Positions 13,108 to 28,135 of a stretch of DNA of 64,000 nt are shown in pieces. The DNA is taken from assembly GCA_964016885.1 (NCBI GenBank), contig OZ024741.1, positions 288,920,001 through 288,984,000 on the forward strand. Direction: 5' to 3'. A model generated the notes under the pieces. That model was not told the DNA's origin, did no database searches, and was given only the letters and a program-made list of their open reading frames with translations. Both the position numbers and the translations under genes were made by a program. Origin of the DNA: Eledone cirrhosa (lineage: Eukaryota). Positions within the stretch are counted from its first letter, which is position 1, and every line of letters begins with the position of its first letter.

Positions 13108-14450
13108 AACAACCAACCAACCAACCATCCAACCAACTAACCAACCAACCAACTAACCAACCACCCAACCATCCAACCATCCACCCACCCAGCCAACCAA
13201 CTAACCAGCCACCCAACCAGCCAACTTATCAACCAACTAACCAACCAACCAACAAACCAGCCACCCAATCAACCAACCAACCACCCAACCACCCAACTAC
13301 CCAAACAACCAACTATCCAACCAACCAACTACCCAACCAACCAACAAACCAGCCAACCACCCAACCACCCAACCACCCAACTACCCAACCACCCAACTAC
13401 CCAACCAACCAACTAACCAGCCAACCAGCCAACCACCCAACCACCCAACCACCCAACTACCCAACCACCCAACTACCCAACCAACCAACTAACCAACCAA
13501 CCACCCAACCACCCAACTACCCAAACAACCAACTATCCAACCAACCAACTACCCAACCAACCAACCAACCACCCAACCACCCAACTACCCAAACAACCAA
13601 CTATCCAACCAACCAACTACCCAACCAACCAACAAACCAGCCAACCACCCAACCACCCAACCACCCAACTACCCAACCACCCAACTACCCAACCAACCAA
13701 CTAACCAACCAACCACCCAACCACCCAACCACCCAACTACCCAACCACCCAACTACCCAACCAACCAACTAACCAACCAACCACCCAACCACCCAACTAC
13801 CCAAACAACCAACTATCCAACCAACCAACTACCCAACCAACCAACAAACCAGCCAACCACCCAACCACCCAACCACCCAACTACCCAACCACCCAACTAC
13901 CCAACCAACCAACTAACCAACCAACCACCCAACCACCCAACTACCCAAACAACCAACTATCCAACCAACCAACTACCCAACCAACCAACAAACCAGCCAA
14001 CCACCCAACCACCCAACCACCCAACTACCCAACCACCCAACTACCCAACCAACTAACCAACCAACCAACTACCCAACCAACCAACCAGCCAACCAACTAA
14101 TCAACCAACCAACCAACAACCCAACCATCCATCCACCCAACTATCCAATCATCCAACCAGCTACACACGCATTCAGCCATCCATGCAACCATCCACCCAA
14201 CTATACACTCATCCATATAACCAAGTAACCAGCCAACCACCTATACAACGATCCAGCCATCCAATCATTCAACTGTCTAGCCAAACAACCACCGAAGCAT
14301 CCACCCATACAAATAACCAAACACCCAACAATCCAATCAACCATCCAACCCCCTAACCAGCCAACCAACCAACCAACCAACCAACCAACCAACCAACCAA
14401 CCAACCAACCAACCAACCAACTAACCAACCAACCAACCAACCAACCATCC
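13108..14450. repeat. Compound (CCAA)n tetranucleotide satellite with higher-order repeats
   Basis: ccaa/ccac/ctac/ctaa variants recur in the same order over blocks longer than 100 bp. Confidence 0.9.
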
Positions 14451-15378
14451 AGCTAACAATTGAAGCGCCCAGCCAACCAAACCTACCATCCAATACACTT
14501 CAAGTGTAATTTCTCGGATCTGCTAATCTAAATGTTCAGCTGAACGGTTTCATAGTTGAACTACATGTCATTAGCCAGAACTGATCGGCTATTGACACGT
14601 CACGCAAAGACTCACATTTGGCAATGCGTGAAACAGCAGACAAAGCTGTGTGTTTGTATGTGTGAAGATGGGTGGGTGGGGGGGGTGTCTGTGTGTGTGT
14701 ATGTGTGTATCTGTCTGGATATATCAGTGTGTTTATATGTGTGCCTGTGTATGTGTGAGTGTGCGTCAGCTTATGTTTCCTGACAACTATATCCGTGAAC
14801 AGCAAATATGTCTGAGGATCTTGTCTGTCTGTCTGTCTGGCTTGTCCTCTCTATATTTCTTTCTTTTTTTATTTCTTTCCTTCTTTCGTTCTTTCTCTTT
14901 CTCTCTTATTTTCCCCTGTGTGTCTGCGCACGCTCCTCCACATAAATTTATGTATAATTGTGTATATATGTGTACATGTATTATGTACATACAGAGCCTC
15001 TACCTGGGTATTTAGCACCTATGTGATCCCTACGGCGTGTGCCCCTTTTCTCCTAATTATGCATCCAATTTTCCAAAACGAAATAATTTCAGCTTAAAGT
15101 TTGGCCAACTGACGTACCTAGATTTTGACACCTCTTGCTTTGGCCACTAGCTTTGGCTTTTGTATATAGAAACTACGTAACATGACAGCTGGAGCCTGAC
15201 CATGTCTGTTTTCCCATTTTGTGCGTGATGCAGTCCCGTTGTATATGCCGAGTTTGAGATGATGAGTGGTCCCCGTTTGATTTACCGAATTTGGCAGGAA
15301 TCATAGGTACAGGTTGGCGTTCGGTTTAGGGTGTTTGCTTAGGGTTAGTTTACTGATTGGAGCAATAAACTCATATTT

Positions 15379-15409
<31 letters not shown>

Positions 15410-16721
15410 CTCTTTTACTCTGCTCCAGCCATCCGGCTGAGGCCATGCTGGGGCACCGCCCTTGTTGCTACACATTCTATCTCCAGCCTGTGTTGGCTGG
15501 CCATTGGTGTAAGAGGGAGTTCGTTGCTGCTGACCTTAGGTTACCTTCGTACCCTCCTGTGGGCTCATCCGGGATCCTGGATAGCAGAGTCTCAAGCTGT
15601 TTCTTGAAAACATCTACGTTCACACCATTAAGATGTCTCAAATTTCTTGGCAGCTTGGTGAAGATTTGAGGGCCTTTGAACCCCAGGCTATTGCAATATC
15701 TGCTGCTTATTCTAAATGTGAAAGACGGGACCTTTGGCACCACACAGTGACGTCCTGTTCGGGGGCTGGTCTGGTTCTCAATGCCAAAGTTTGGTGCTAG
15801 TCCCTCCAGGATTTTCCATATGTATATCACTGCGTATCTCTCCCATCTTCGTTCGAAGGAGAAGAGTTTCAGATTTTAGCCTTTCCCAGTAGCTCATCTC
15901 CTTCATCGTAGCAATCCTCTTGGTGTAGCTTCGCTGGATTGCCTCAAGCTACGTGGTTAGTTTGATACTATGGGTGACCATAGTTGGGAGTAGTAGTCCA
16001 GTCGGCTTAGGACAAATGTCCTCCATAGTATCAACATGGTTTCTCGGTCTCTTGTCCGGAAAGTCTTCAAGGTCCAGCCAGCTAGTCGTCTGCACATTGT
16101 CACCACCCTCATGATGTGTGAAAAAAAAGATGCATCGTCGCTCATGTCTATCCCCAGGATTGATTTCGACACGGGGATTTCGATCCCTCCTGGTCCGGTG
16201 TAGCTGTGTTGTATTGTATTTGTGTTTGCAGGTTTGTATTGTAAGGCTTGACATTTTCCAGCATTAAACTGCATTTCTTCAGCCGATTTGTATGTGACAT
16301 CCAGATCCTGTTGTAAAAGGGCAGCATCAGCCGCGTTTTTGATTGCTTGTGCTACTTTTGTGTAATCAGCATAGCTATTGAGGGATGATGAATGCACCAT
16401 AGAGGCCATGTCCGAGAGAGCCCCTAAAAACAGCAGTGATCTCAATACTGTGCCCTGGGTACACCACTTGCTATTGATGTTTCTTCCGAGTGGATCCGAT
16501 TGGCTGAAACTGTCTAGCTTCTGTCTTTTAAGAAGTCATGCAGCCACTCACCTACTTTTCCAGTTATGCTGAGTCTGTGTAGTTTGTGACATATCATTCC
16601 CTGGTCGACCTTCTCAAAGGCCTTCGCAAAGTCAAGATATATCACGTCCACATATGAGCTGTCCATCCGTTTCAGTACCCAGTCGTAGTGTTGTAATAGC
16701 TGTGTAAGGTAGCTTCTTCCT
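15410..16721 (-). mobile_element. 5'-truncated, decayed CR1-clade LINE (RT domain and C-terminus, 3' tail)
   Basis: Minus translations include GRSYLTQLLQHYD, VIYLDFAKAFEKVD, SYADYTK (YADD motif), LWRTFVLSRLDYYSQLWSP and IYIWKILEGLAPNFG..FKKQLETLLSRIPDEP. Stops and frameshifts present. Confidence 0.85.
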
Positions 16722-16882
16722 ATATATATGTATATATATATATAACTAGAAGGGGTATTTAATTTGTTGGAAATACAACAATTATTTATAACTGATTAAT
16801 AGCACTCAACAGATTTCTGGGACAACTTGAACCGTTAAGGTATATTATCCTTGGTCATGTCAAATATTTATAGAACTTTTTG

Positions 16883-16943
16883 TATTTTATCTGATGATAG
16901 CGTACCAAAATTTTGGTACCCATGAAATATATATAATTGAATA
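16883..16943 (+). ncRNA. Type I hammerhead ribozyme motif, family B
   Basis: tattttat-CTGATGA-tagcgtaccaaaattttggtacccat-GAAA-tatata-TA-attgaata. Confidence 0.7.
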
Positions 16944-17025
16944 AATATGGTTTTATAAATATAGTTTCCATTTAATATCATTGTGTGTATATATATATAT
17001 ATATATACACACACACATACACTCA

Positions 17026-17134
<109 letters not shown>

Positions 17135-17419
17135 GCGACGAATTGACTGAATTGACTAAATTCAACCCACAGGAGAAGTCGGTTGTGTTCAGACCTGCAG
17201 GGTTAGATATGAGATCACTAAGGTTTAAAAGCCAAAGACGTAAAATAATTTCATCTTACACAAGCTAGCGAACCAATTTTTGACAATTCTTGCTCTCTCT
17301 GATCACACTAATAAAATTACTAACTTTACATTTCCACTATACTGTTCACATTCACTCGTACCAAATCATGTCACTTGGTCGCCCTTACGATTCCAACAGG
17401 AGTTATTTGTCCACACACA

Positions 17420-17560
17420 CACACAACATACGTTAACCTTGGTCTTCCTCTTCTAGTGTGTCCATGTAGGGGCTCCCAAAGGAGCACTGAGTGCAATGTC
17501 AACTCTGGATGTCGGTGAGCATGTCCAGCTAACCTCAGTCTCCTCTGTGTCACTTTTGAG
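17420..17560 (-). mobile_element. RTE-clade LINE C-terminal fragment
   Basis: QRRLRLAGHAHRHPE..LLWEPLHGHTRRGRPRLTY resembles the RTE C-terminal RRLRxxGH...RxRGRP signature. Confidence 0.7.
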
Positions 17561-17704
17561 CTGACTTTTGGTTAACGTATGTTGATGCCCTAAGGACAGA
17601 CACTGGTCTGTTGGAGACGCAGGACATGGCAGCGATAATGAGGGACAGAGACCGCTGGAGAGAACTCGTCCATGGATCTCGGGAATTTTACCCGCCTTAG
17701 ATAG

Positions 17705-17799
<95 letters not shown>

Positions 17800-18530
17800 A
17801 GTTCGATTTCCTCCGCTGACGATCCTGATTGATCATTGAACTACACTTTATATTTGGTGAAATGTATTTCATAGCTATAGAGGGATGCGTACGAAGGAAC
17901 ATAACTAATTTTTGCCAGGTATAAAATGCATAGTTGATCTAGGTGAGATTTACAATCAGAAAGCAAAAGGTCTTAACTAAATACCGCAAAGCTTTTTGTC
18001 CAAATCGCCGACGTAGAAACTGCTAACGAATATCAACAATAAGAATACTTACAACTAAAACACCGGGAAATAAACTCCTAGGGATGAGAAAAAGTGGACA
18101 AAGACGCCTGCGACAATCGAACTCGCATTTACAGTTGACCCCGATAACAAAACCATCACGAAATCTCGACCTCGTTGAGCCTCTAACTTCTAGTCACGCA
18201 TTCTGATCGCTGTTTATTTACACTAACTGTACTTACTCTAACTATATTGTATGTATGTGTGGAGTTGTAGGCGTACCGTAGTCATATACAGCTCATACCA
18301 TCTCTAGGCCTGAAGTTAGCCGATTTCTTTAAGAGTAGTAGAAACAGAAAGAAAATTAATAATGAGAGAGAAACAGAAAGGGATTTAGATGAAGAATCAA
18401 CTTCGAAAGAATGAAAAGCAAAGTTAACCATGGCAGAGAGCGTGAACAACTACCGCAAAGCATTTTATCCGATGTTCTAGGGACTCTATAAATTTACCGC
18501 CTTATTTACTTGAATTATTAAGTTATTTAG

Positions 18531-18703
18531 GGCGGATTGGCAGAATCGGCTCTTTACGTTTTGAGATCAAATCTCGCCGGGGTTAGCTTTGTTTTTCATC
18601 CTTACTGGATCGATAAAACGACGCAGCAGTAACGTACTGGTGTCGATTTAATCGACTTTTCCCTCCCTCAACATATTGTTGGCTTGTGCCTAATACAGAA
18701 ACC
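18531..18703 (+). mobile_element. tRNA-derived SINE, same family, internally deleted
   Basis: ggcggattggcagaatcg head and tttcatccttactggatcgataaaa core. Imperfect TSD attattaa(g/a)ttattt. Confidence 0.75.
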
Positions 18704-19126
18704 ATTATTAAATTATTTCTAGTTATATTTTTAGACTGAGATGAGACAGCCTTTGCAAGCTAATATGTTTTCAAAATTACAAATATTTGCAATTTTCTAT
18801 TCCAAAAATTGTGCATGAGAGCTCATGTGACAAAAATCAATGTTAAAAATGAAATTTAAATTTAACGTATGGAGATGAGATTTATAATAATTGTTTAAGC
18901 AAGTACTTCGTAGTATGAAGAAATTGTTGTTGTTCTTTTTGTTGTTATGCAAAGAATTAACGGAAATTGTTTTATTGTACATGCATAAAATATTTTAATG
19001 TCTCTAGATTATATTTCCAAAGAGCTCAACGTTTTAACAGTACTTATATCAATTATCGCAATAAAGTGGAAACTTTTCACTTTTCGGAATAACTAAGAAA
19101 TATTTATATGCATATATATATATATT

Positions 19127-19160
<34 letters not shown>

Positions 19161-19347
19161 CCAGGATTATACCAGTTTTAAACTAGTAAGACCATTATTT
19201 AGCAAAGTACTTGATGCTTGGGTTAGTAGAGTGTAAATACAGTAGAGAGTCAGGGCACGACGGCTAAACTTTTGCTCTTTCGAAAGCAAATTTCAGTGGT
19301 ATATATATATATATATATATATACTCTCTCTCTCTCTCTCTCTCTCT

Positions 19348-19437
<90 letters not shown>

Positions 19438-19480
19438 AGGGAGTGTAACTTGGAGTTACTGCTTCCATTACCATTACAAG

Positions 19481-19566
19481 GGGTCTGACGAGCCGCAGAT
19501 TACAGAGTTGGGTCAGATCGACAAAGATCGAACCTTGAGCTGATCAGTGGCGAAACGCGCGTCATC
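19481..19566 (+). ncRNA. Type I hammerhead ribozyme motif, family E, long helix II
   Basis: ggt-CTGACGA-gccgc...gtggc-GAAA-cgcgcg-TC-atc. Palindromic helix III ACGCGCGT, GUC triplet. Lies in an island (19436-19620) bounded by (TA)n. Confidence 0.75.
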
Positions 19567-19835
19567 AACCAATAAACGTAATGAAGGAGTAACCAATCGT
19601 CTTTGTTATTTTATTTCACTATATATATATATAAGTCTGGAATTTGCTCTCGAAATAGGAAGAGTTCAGCCGTCGTGCACCGACTCGCTACTGTATTTAC
19701 ACTCTACTATCCCAAATATCGAGTCGTAAAGCCGTATTGTAACGTGGTAAGAAATGAAAGAATAAATAATAATTTCATATCCTTGACTTTCTTATAATAT
19801 TTTATATACACATGGGACCACCCATGTAAACTTTA

Positions 19836-19919
19836 ATATCTGAAGAAGTATCGATTAAGAGTCGGATCCGATCAAATGATCAAACCCGATCTGATCTATA
19901 TAGAAACAAATTGCAATAT
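19836..19919 (+). ncRNA. Decayed hammerhead motif (U16.1 changed to C)
   Basis: atat-CTGAAGA-...-GAAA-caaattg-CA-atat. A related 3' half GAAA-caattg-TA-atat is on the minus strand near 44523-44540. Confidence 0.45.
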
Positions 19920-19964
19920 GAAATAAAGTCTACAATTCATATTGTCACTTTATATATATATATG

Positions 19965-20049
<85 letters not shown>

Positions 20050-20270
20050 AATTAAGTTAAAAATGTACATCCACATATGTATACTGAAATACTAGTATGC
20101 ATATGAATACACACACGTGTACATATGTAGATGTACCGAGTTTTTCACTGGTCACTTTACTGTGAGTGTCCAGCTATTCTGTATGTAAACACACAGACAA
20201 ACCGGTTTTTAGAGTCATACTGGTTTTCGAGGAAACACCTTTCCTCTATTCTCTAGAAAGCCAGACAAGG

Positions 20271-20315
20271 AATATTAGACTAGTTTCGATGTTGTTACAT
20301 CTCATCAGCAATATT
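20271..20315 (-). ncRNA. Type I hammerhead ribozyme, family F, unit 1
   Basis: Minus: aatattg-CTGATGA-gatgtaacaacatc-GAAA-ctag-TC-taatatt (G-U at the first helix I pair). Confidence 0.85.
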
Positions 20316-20734
20316 TACCTATCTTCCGGCCTTTCTAGAGAATCGTAAAAGCACATATCGTTATATGCTTTTTCTATTAAAATTAGTAGTGGGCAGACTA
20401 ATTTGCATAGAGCGTGAGTACGTACCGGTTCAACGGAGACGATAAAAACAAATAACGAAACGAAATTAAATTTCGTTTCGTTTGTAACTCATTTTTGTAT
20501 GACTGACGCTTAAACAATTAAGTTAAAAATGTACATCCACATATGTATACTGAAATACTAGTATGCATATGAATACACACACGTGTACATATGTAGATGT
20601 ACCGAGTTTTTCACTGGTCACTTTACTGTGAGTGTCCAGCTATTCTGTATGTAAACACAGACAAACCGGTTTTTAGAGTCATACTGGTTTTCGAGGAAAC
20701 ACCTTTCCTCTATTCTCCAGAAAGCCAGACAAGG

Positions 20735-20779
20735 AATATTGGACTAGTTTCGATGTTGTTACATCTCATCAGCAATATT
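20735..20779 (-). ncRNA. Type I hammerhead ribozyme, family F, unit 2
   Basis: Minus: aatattg-CTGATGA-gatgtaacaacatc-GAAA-ctag-TC-caatatt. Confidence 0.9.
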
Positions 20780-21126
20780 TACCTATCTTCCGGCCTTTCT
20801 AGAGAATCGTAAAAGCACATATCGTTATATGCTTTTTCTATGAAAATTAGTAGTGGGCAGACTAATTTGCATAGAGCGTGAGTACGTACCGGTTCAACGG
20901 AGACGATGAAAACAAATAACGAAACGAAATTAAATTTCGTTTCGTTTGTAACTCACTTTTGTATGACTGACGCTTAAACAATTAAGTTAAAAACGTACAT
21001 CCACATATGTATACTGAAATACTAGTGTGCATATGAATACACACACGTGTACATATGTAGATGTACCGAGTTTTTCACTGGTCATATGTGCTTTTACGAT
21101 TCTCTAGAAAGGCCGGAAGATAGGTA

Positions 21127-21171
21127 AATATTGCTGATGAGATGTAACAACATCGAAACTAGTCCAATATT
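21127..21171 (+). ncRNA. Type I hammerhead ribozyme, family F, inverted unit
   Basis: 7-bp helix I aatattg/caatatt, 5-bp helix II gatgt/acatc, palindromic helix III ACTAGT, GUC. Confidence 0.9.
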
Positions 21172-21458
21172 CCTTGTCTGGCTTTCTGGAGAATAGAGGA
21201 AAGGTGTTTCCTCGAAAACCAGTATGACTCTAAAAACCGGTTTGTCTGTGTGTTTACATACAGAATAGCTGGACACTCACAGTAAAGTGACCAGTGAAAA
21301 ACTCGGTACATCTACATATGTACACGTGTGTGTATTCATATGCATACTAGTATTTCAGTATACATATGTGGATGTACATTTTTAACTTAATTGTTTAAGC
21401 GTCAGTCATACAAAAGTGAGTTACAAACGAAACGAAATTTAATTTCGTTTCGTTATTT

Positions 21459-21601
<143 letters not shown>

Positions 21602-21993
21602 TGTATGTATATATATGCAGAATTCTAAGAGAAGGAAAACTCTGATATAACACCTGCAACCCTAATGGCATCCAATGATGTTGACTTGTTCTTCTTTTTG
21701 GTAAATATCATCTTGGTTAAGAGAGTGGGACTGGCTTTGTGCAGTGCCTTTGCTCACTATAAAAGCTTCACGGCACAGGCATTGCTTTATATCTGGAGAT
21801 CTCTCTGCACTTGCCGTCACATGGTACCATGATCCCAGCACTATGTATCAATAATTGTCACAAGTGTAGTGTTTGTACCAGAGTTTTCAAGTCGCTGGCT
21901 CGACTAAAAAGTCACACTCGTTCAGCGCATCGGTAGGGGTTCTCCTACATGGATATAAAGTAGTGGTCGTACTCGAAAACGAGTTGGCAGCCA

Positions 21994-22030
<37 letters not shown>

Positions 22031-22230
22031 TGTATGTATATATATATATATTTATATAGAGAGAGTGAGAGAGATATATTTAAAATCCCGACCGCTGCAC
22101 CAAGTGGTTTCGGTGTGTGTGTCCAGCAACCTTTTTCCTCTCACCATGTATCGAGTACTCACATGGTCACCTCGATCTCTGCACTACAGACTCTCTCTCT
22201 CTTTCTCCCTCTCACTCTCTCCCTCTCTCT

Positions 22231-22304
<74 letters not shown>

Positions 22305-22437
22305 TTAAATGTAGATATTCGATGGTGATCGGTAAATGACCACAGGTAAAAATATAATCGAAACATTGGTAGAGTATAAGTATCTTTATTTTATATAGCA
22401 AAATAGTTTTTATTCATATGAAATCATCAAGAATGAA

Positions 22438-22481
22438 CTGATGATTTCATTTGAAAGAAACAGTTCTAGTCCTGTAGAAGC
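22438..22481 (+). ncRNA. Hammerhead motif, family A relative, 5' helix I strand lost at inversion junction
   Basis: CTGATGA-tttcatttgaaa-GAAA-cagttctagtcctg-TA-gaagc, preceded by inverted gaaatcatca. Confidence 0.55.
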
Positions 22482-22670
22482 TATTTCTATAAAAAATATT
22501 ATTAAGCTCATACACACACACACATATGCACACATTCACACACGCACACATTCACACACGCACACATATATATATATGATATACATTCATGATACACCTA
22601 CGATACACCTATGATACACCTACGCATATATATATATATATATACATGATACATGTATGCACACACACAT

Positions 22671-22705
<35 letters not shown>

Positions 22706-22832
22706 CACATACACGATACATGTATGCATATATATATATATATATATGTATGAAAAATATATGAATATAGGCACACATTTTGGCTACTTCTATTTTGTAT
22801 ATATACAGACATTAGTTTATCACCCCCATACC

Positions 22833-22864
<32 letters not shown>

Positions 22865-22904
22865 CGATATTAATAAATGGAAATTATATTTATAAAACCA
22901 TATT

Positions 22905-22969
22905 TATTTCATTATACATATTTCAGGGATACCAGATTAAATTATGGTATGCCTTCATCAGACAAAATA
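22905..22969 (-). ncRNA. Type I hammerhead ribozyme motif, family B
   Basis: Nearly identical to 11878-11942. Confidence 0.75.
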
Positions 22970-23061
22970 CAATATATAACAGTTTTAATACTTGTCGAGT
23001 GCTTTATATCAGTTATAAAAATATTTACTTGTTGTATCCCAACAATTTTAAATAGAACTTT

Positions 23062-23108
<47 letters not shown>

Positions 23109-23110
<2 letters not shown>

Positions 23111-23716
23111 GAAAATAGAGAATTAATGTGAGCAAGAAGCCAACAGTATTTCATAATATATAAGTGACTATAACGTCAAAATGGAAAATAATTAACGTAA
23201 GGTATGGGAAAATAATTCAAACTCAATTCAAAAATATCAAGACAGATTTTATCCACAGATTTTGTGAAATCCAGGGAAAAAAACCCAATAGTGTCTTAAC
23301 TCAGAATAAAATAAAGTTTAAATACTCATCCTTCAATTTGGAAAAACTACAAATTCTTTATATAGTCTTAAAAAGACTATTTCACGAAACTTTTCAGTAG
23401 GATTAGTCACGGTTGGAGTCGCTCCTCAGTAGAGCTCAACGCGATAACCAAAAGTACCACTGCCAAAATATGCCAAAAAGGGAATTTAAAAGCAGGCTAG
23501 TACACCTCGTGCGGAATTATGAAAATAAACACACATGGAGAGACATGGCTGGTGACGTCAGAATGAGACGAATGTCTATTTACAAGAAACAGCAGTCAAA
23601 AACATTCCTAAAAAACTCTACAAAATGTAAGGAGTTCAGCAAAATAGCAATATTATCGCGGTTATTAAAAAAAAAAGGCCGGGATTAGTCACAAATAATT
23701 TTAAGCACTCTAGGAA
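23109..23716. repeat. Family R, longest copy, flanked by (TA)n
   Basis: Homology to 4432, 12577 and 31152 copies. No coding signature recognised. Confidence 0.7.
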
Positions 23717-24542
23717 ATATATATATATATATATATATATATGCGGCTGGGTTTTTGAATGGGAGTAGAATATACTTACATGCATACATACACACACGTA
23801 CAAACGTACATAAATCCATACATTCATATTTTCAGTGACACATACATATATACTTAAACGCATACATATATACATACATATACACATACATACTTACATA
23901 CATACATACACACATACGTGTATACATGCACACACATATATATGTACACACAATTATATATATATATACATACACACACGCATACACACATACATACATA
24001 TATACATACACAAATACATACGTATATACATATAATCAATCATACATACATAATACAAACATATATATATTCAAACATACATACATACAAACAAACATAT
24101 ATATATATATATATTCAAACATACATACATATATACAATCATACATACATATATACAAACATACATACATATATACAAACATATATATATATATATAAAC
24201 ATACATACATATATTTACAAACATACATACATATACATATATACAAACATACATACATATATTTTTTCATGTTACTGTGCAAAAGACCAATGAGAATAGG
24301 TATGTTTAAGACCACAGTTGAATTCACAAAATGATTTGGTCTGCTGTTGCATAACCACACGCATGGAAAGGAAAGTGTAAATTAAAAATGGCGAATGTTC
24401 ATTCTTTCATACGCCTGTTAACTTTTCCTTGGTTATAACAGGAGAGCTCCGGCAAAAGAAAAAAGAAAAAATGTTAAGGTTGGTTTGCAATTTCAATTTT
24501 CGTTTCACTTTATGTTCGCTGGTGTTCTGCATATTTATGTTT

Positions 24543-24624
<82 letters not shown>

Positions 24625-24972
24625 CACTGTGGTGGTAGATGTTTCGCTTAGAGTTTTCCGAGTCATATCGATAGTAAAAGTTTGATTTTTTTTTTCTTAT
24701 TTTGTATATATATTTTCAGATAGTTTACGTTAACATTGTTGTTATTGTTGGTGTTATTTTTATTGTTGACTTTATTTTCAGTATTATTATTAATATTATT
24801 ATTACTTACTTTATTTCTTGACTTGTAGATGTTCGGTGCCTTTTTTTCCTGTGAGTAGCCATGTTCATGTTAATATAACAGCAACAAAATCAGTGGATGT
24901 ACAAATCAAAATTAATAGACTTTAACAAAAAGAATAACAATATATGTGTATGTATATATGCATGTATGTATG

Positions 24973-25048
<76 letters not shown>

Positions 25049-25068
25049 CATATATATATATATTTATG

Positions 25069-25099
<31 letters not shown>

Positions 25100-25258
25100 C
25101 ATACCTATGTATGGATGTATATATTTATTTATGCACCTCTTTTTTTTCGTTTTTCGGTACTCTTTCTCATGTTCGTAGGCGCTAAATTCTATTCGCTCCT
25201 TTATTGTATTATACTTAAATACACACACACACACAAACACAGCCATATATATATACAT

Positions 25259-25343
<85 letters not shown>

Positions 25344-26089
25344 TATATATGTATATATACGAGTACGTATGTATATATATATAGAGAGAGAGAGATATAC
25401 ATATATAGATATATAAATGTATGTATATTTGATATTTTTGCAGGACGGAACACAGAAAGGGCAAAATATAAACAAACAAACCAACAAACAAATATATAAA
25501 TTAATAGAACACAACCAATCTAAAATAAAGTTTAAAAAGGAGAACAACAACAACAGCAGTAAAAGCAACAATAATAATGAACACAATAAACATTTTAAAC
25601 ATCACATATTAAATGAACAAAACTCCGTTCATGTTATTTTCCTTTTTTTTTTATGAGAACAGCAACAACCAGAACAAGAACGGAATAACAAATAATAGAA
25701 ACAACAAGAACAACAAGAAGAAGAACAACAACAACAACAATAATAATAAAAATAATAATAATAATAATGACAATAATGATGATGTTGATGAGGATGAGGA
25801 GATGCAGGGCGTGGAGGGTGGAGGATATTGTTAATAACAATGATAATAATAATGATAAGGCTGATTTAAAAGGAACTGTACAAAACCAAAACCAATAGCC
25901 AGGAAGAAAAACAGCAACAAGAAAATTATGCACCGTAAATCAATAAAATGCTCTAATTAAAGTAAATATACATTGCATGTATGTATATTATATATACACT
26001 GACGTAGTCACACCAACTACTAACACACTCTTGACAATCTATCATCACACTCGGACCCACAGTTATACACAGTTATATACATGTAATCA

Positions 26090-26163
<74 letters not shown>

Positions 26164-26187
26164 TATATATATATATATATATATATA

Positions 26188-26276
<89 letters not shown>

Positions 26277-26284
26277 GTATACAC

Positions 26285-26332
<48 letters not shown>

Positions 26333-26480
26333 GGAGAGAGAGAGAGAGAGATAGATAGATAGATAGATATATATATATATGCATATATATATATGCATAT
26401 ATATATATGTATATATATATATAATGCATATGTAAGCATTTACTTTTCCACTAATTCTAGCTATAAGCTATATATATGTA

Positions 26481-26576
<96 letters not shown>

Positions 26577-26658
26577 AATACATATATACACCCATCCATA
26601 GAGAGATATGTATATACATTTAAATATGTGTGCGTGTGTGTGTATATGTGTGTGAGTG

Positions 26659-26690
<32 letters not shown>

Positions 26691-26965
26691 AGTTTGTGTG
26701 GGTGAGAGTGTGTGTTTGTGTTTGTTTATATATGTGCATGTATGTGTGTATGTGTGAGTATGTGTCTTGGTGTGTGATAGTTTGCGATTATGTACTGATA
26801 TGGAAAATACTTTACCAATATTTCCTTTTCTCCCTTCTTTACTAAACTTACACTTCTCCTCCTCTTTCTCTTCCTACACCTCCACCTCCTCCTCACTAAC
26901 CTCCTCCTAATTTCATTATGTATTTATATATTTATATGCGAGTTTATATATATATCTATATATAC

Positions 26966-27065
<100 letters not shown>

Positions 27066-27066
27066 G

Positions 27067-27117
<51 letters not shown>

Positions 27118-27149
27118 TTATATAAATATTTATATATATATATATATTC

Positions 27150-27205
<56 letters not shown>

Positions 27206-27859
27206 CTTATTATTGCACTTCTTTTGTTCGCCGTTCATTCTCCTTCCCCTTTCTCTCGGTGTTGTAGTTCTCTCTCTATATATATATTGTTCGTTTTTTT
27301 ATTATTTTTGTCTATTATTCGATTATTTTTCTCACTGTTTGTTATTGGTTTTAATGCTGTAATCGGAGTGAGTCTCTACGTTGTTTAGTGATTATTTCAA
27401 TATGTTTAGCTGGTAAATACATTGTTCACTTGCTGGAAGATTGGTTACCGACAGTTAATCTCGCCTCCGCCACACCGCTACCAACACCAATCCCCACCCG
27501 TAGTAGCTCCTATGCCCACCCACTAACCTTCACCCTCAATTCCAGCCTCCCTCACAACTGCCCAACGTCAGGCTACTCCCCTCTTGCGACCCCCCTCCCC
27601 CTCTCCTCCCATCCATATAGTTGCCGTGAATCACCCACGTACAATCTCATCCCCCACTCCACTCACACCTTTTCGCTTGTCGCTTGTCGCACGCTTCACG
27701 GCACACCCCTTTATCACCCTACTACCCTCAGTACTACAAATATTACTACTGACAAACTAACAACAACAATAACAACAATAACGATTGCTTTATTTGTCAC
27801 AAGGGCATCGAATGAAAGAAACTTTAACAAGGCAAGTTACAACGTGAAGGGGGAGGGGG

Positions 27860-28104
27860 AGAAGAAGAAGAAGAAGAAGAAGAAGAAGAAGAAGAAGAAG
27901 AAGAAGAAGAAGAAGAAGAAGAAGAAGAAGAAGGTGGAGGAGAAGAAGAAGAAGAAGAAGAAGAAGAAGGAGGAGGAGGAGGAGGAGGAGGAGGAGGAGG
28001 AGAAAAAGAAGAAGAAGAAGAAGAAGAAGAAGAAGAAGAAGAAGAAGGAGGTGGAAGAGGAGGAGGAGGAGGAGAAGAAGAAGAAGAAGAAGAAGAAGAA
28101 GAAG

Positions 28105-28135
<31 letters not shown>
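27860..28135. repeat. (AAG/GAG)n microsatellite
   Basis: Direct reading. Confidence 0.95.

Noticed and set aside
13038-13772. 244-aa N/Q/P/T-rich ORF
   Set aside because: Read-through of the (CCAA)n satellite.
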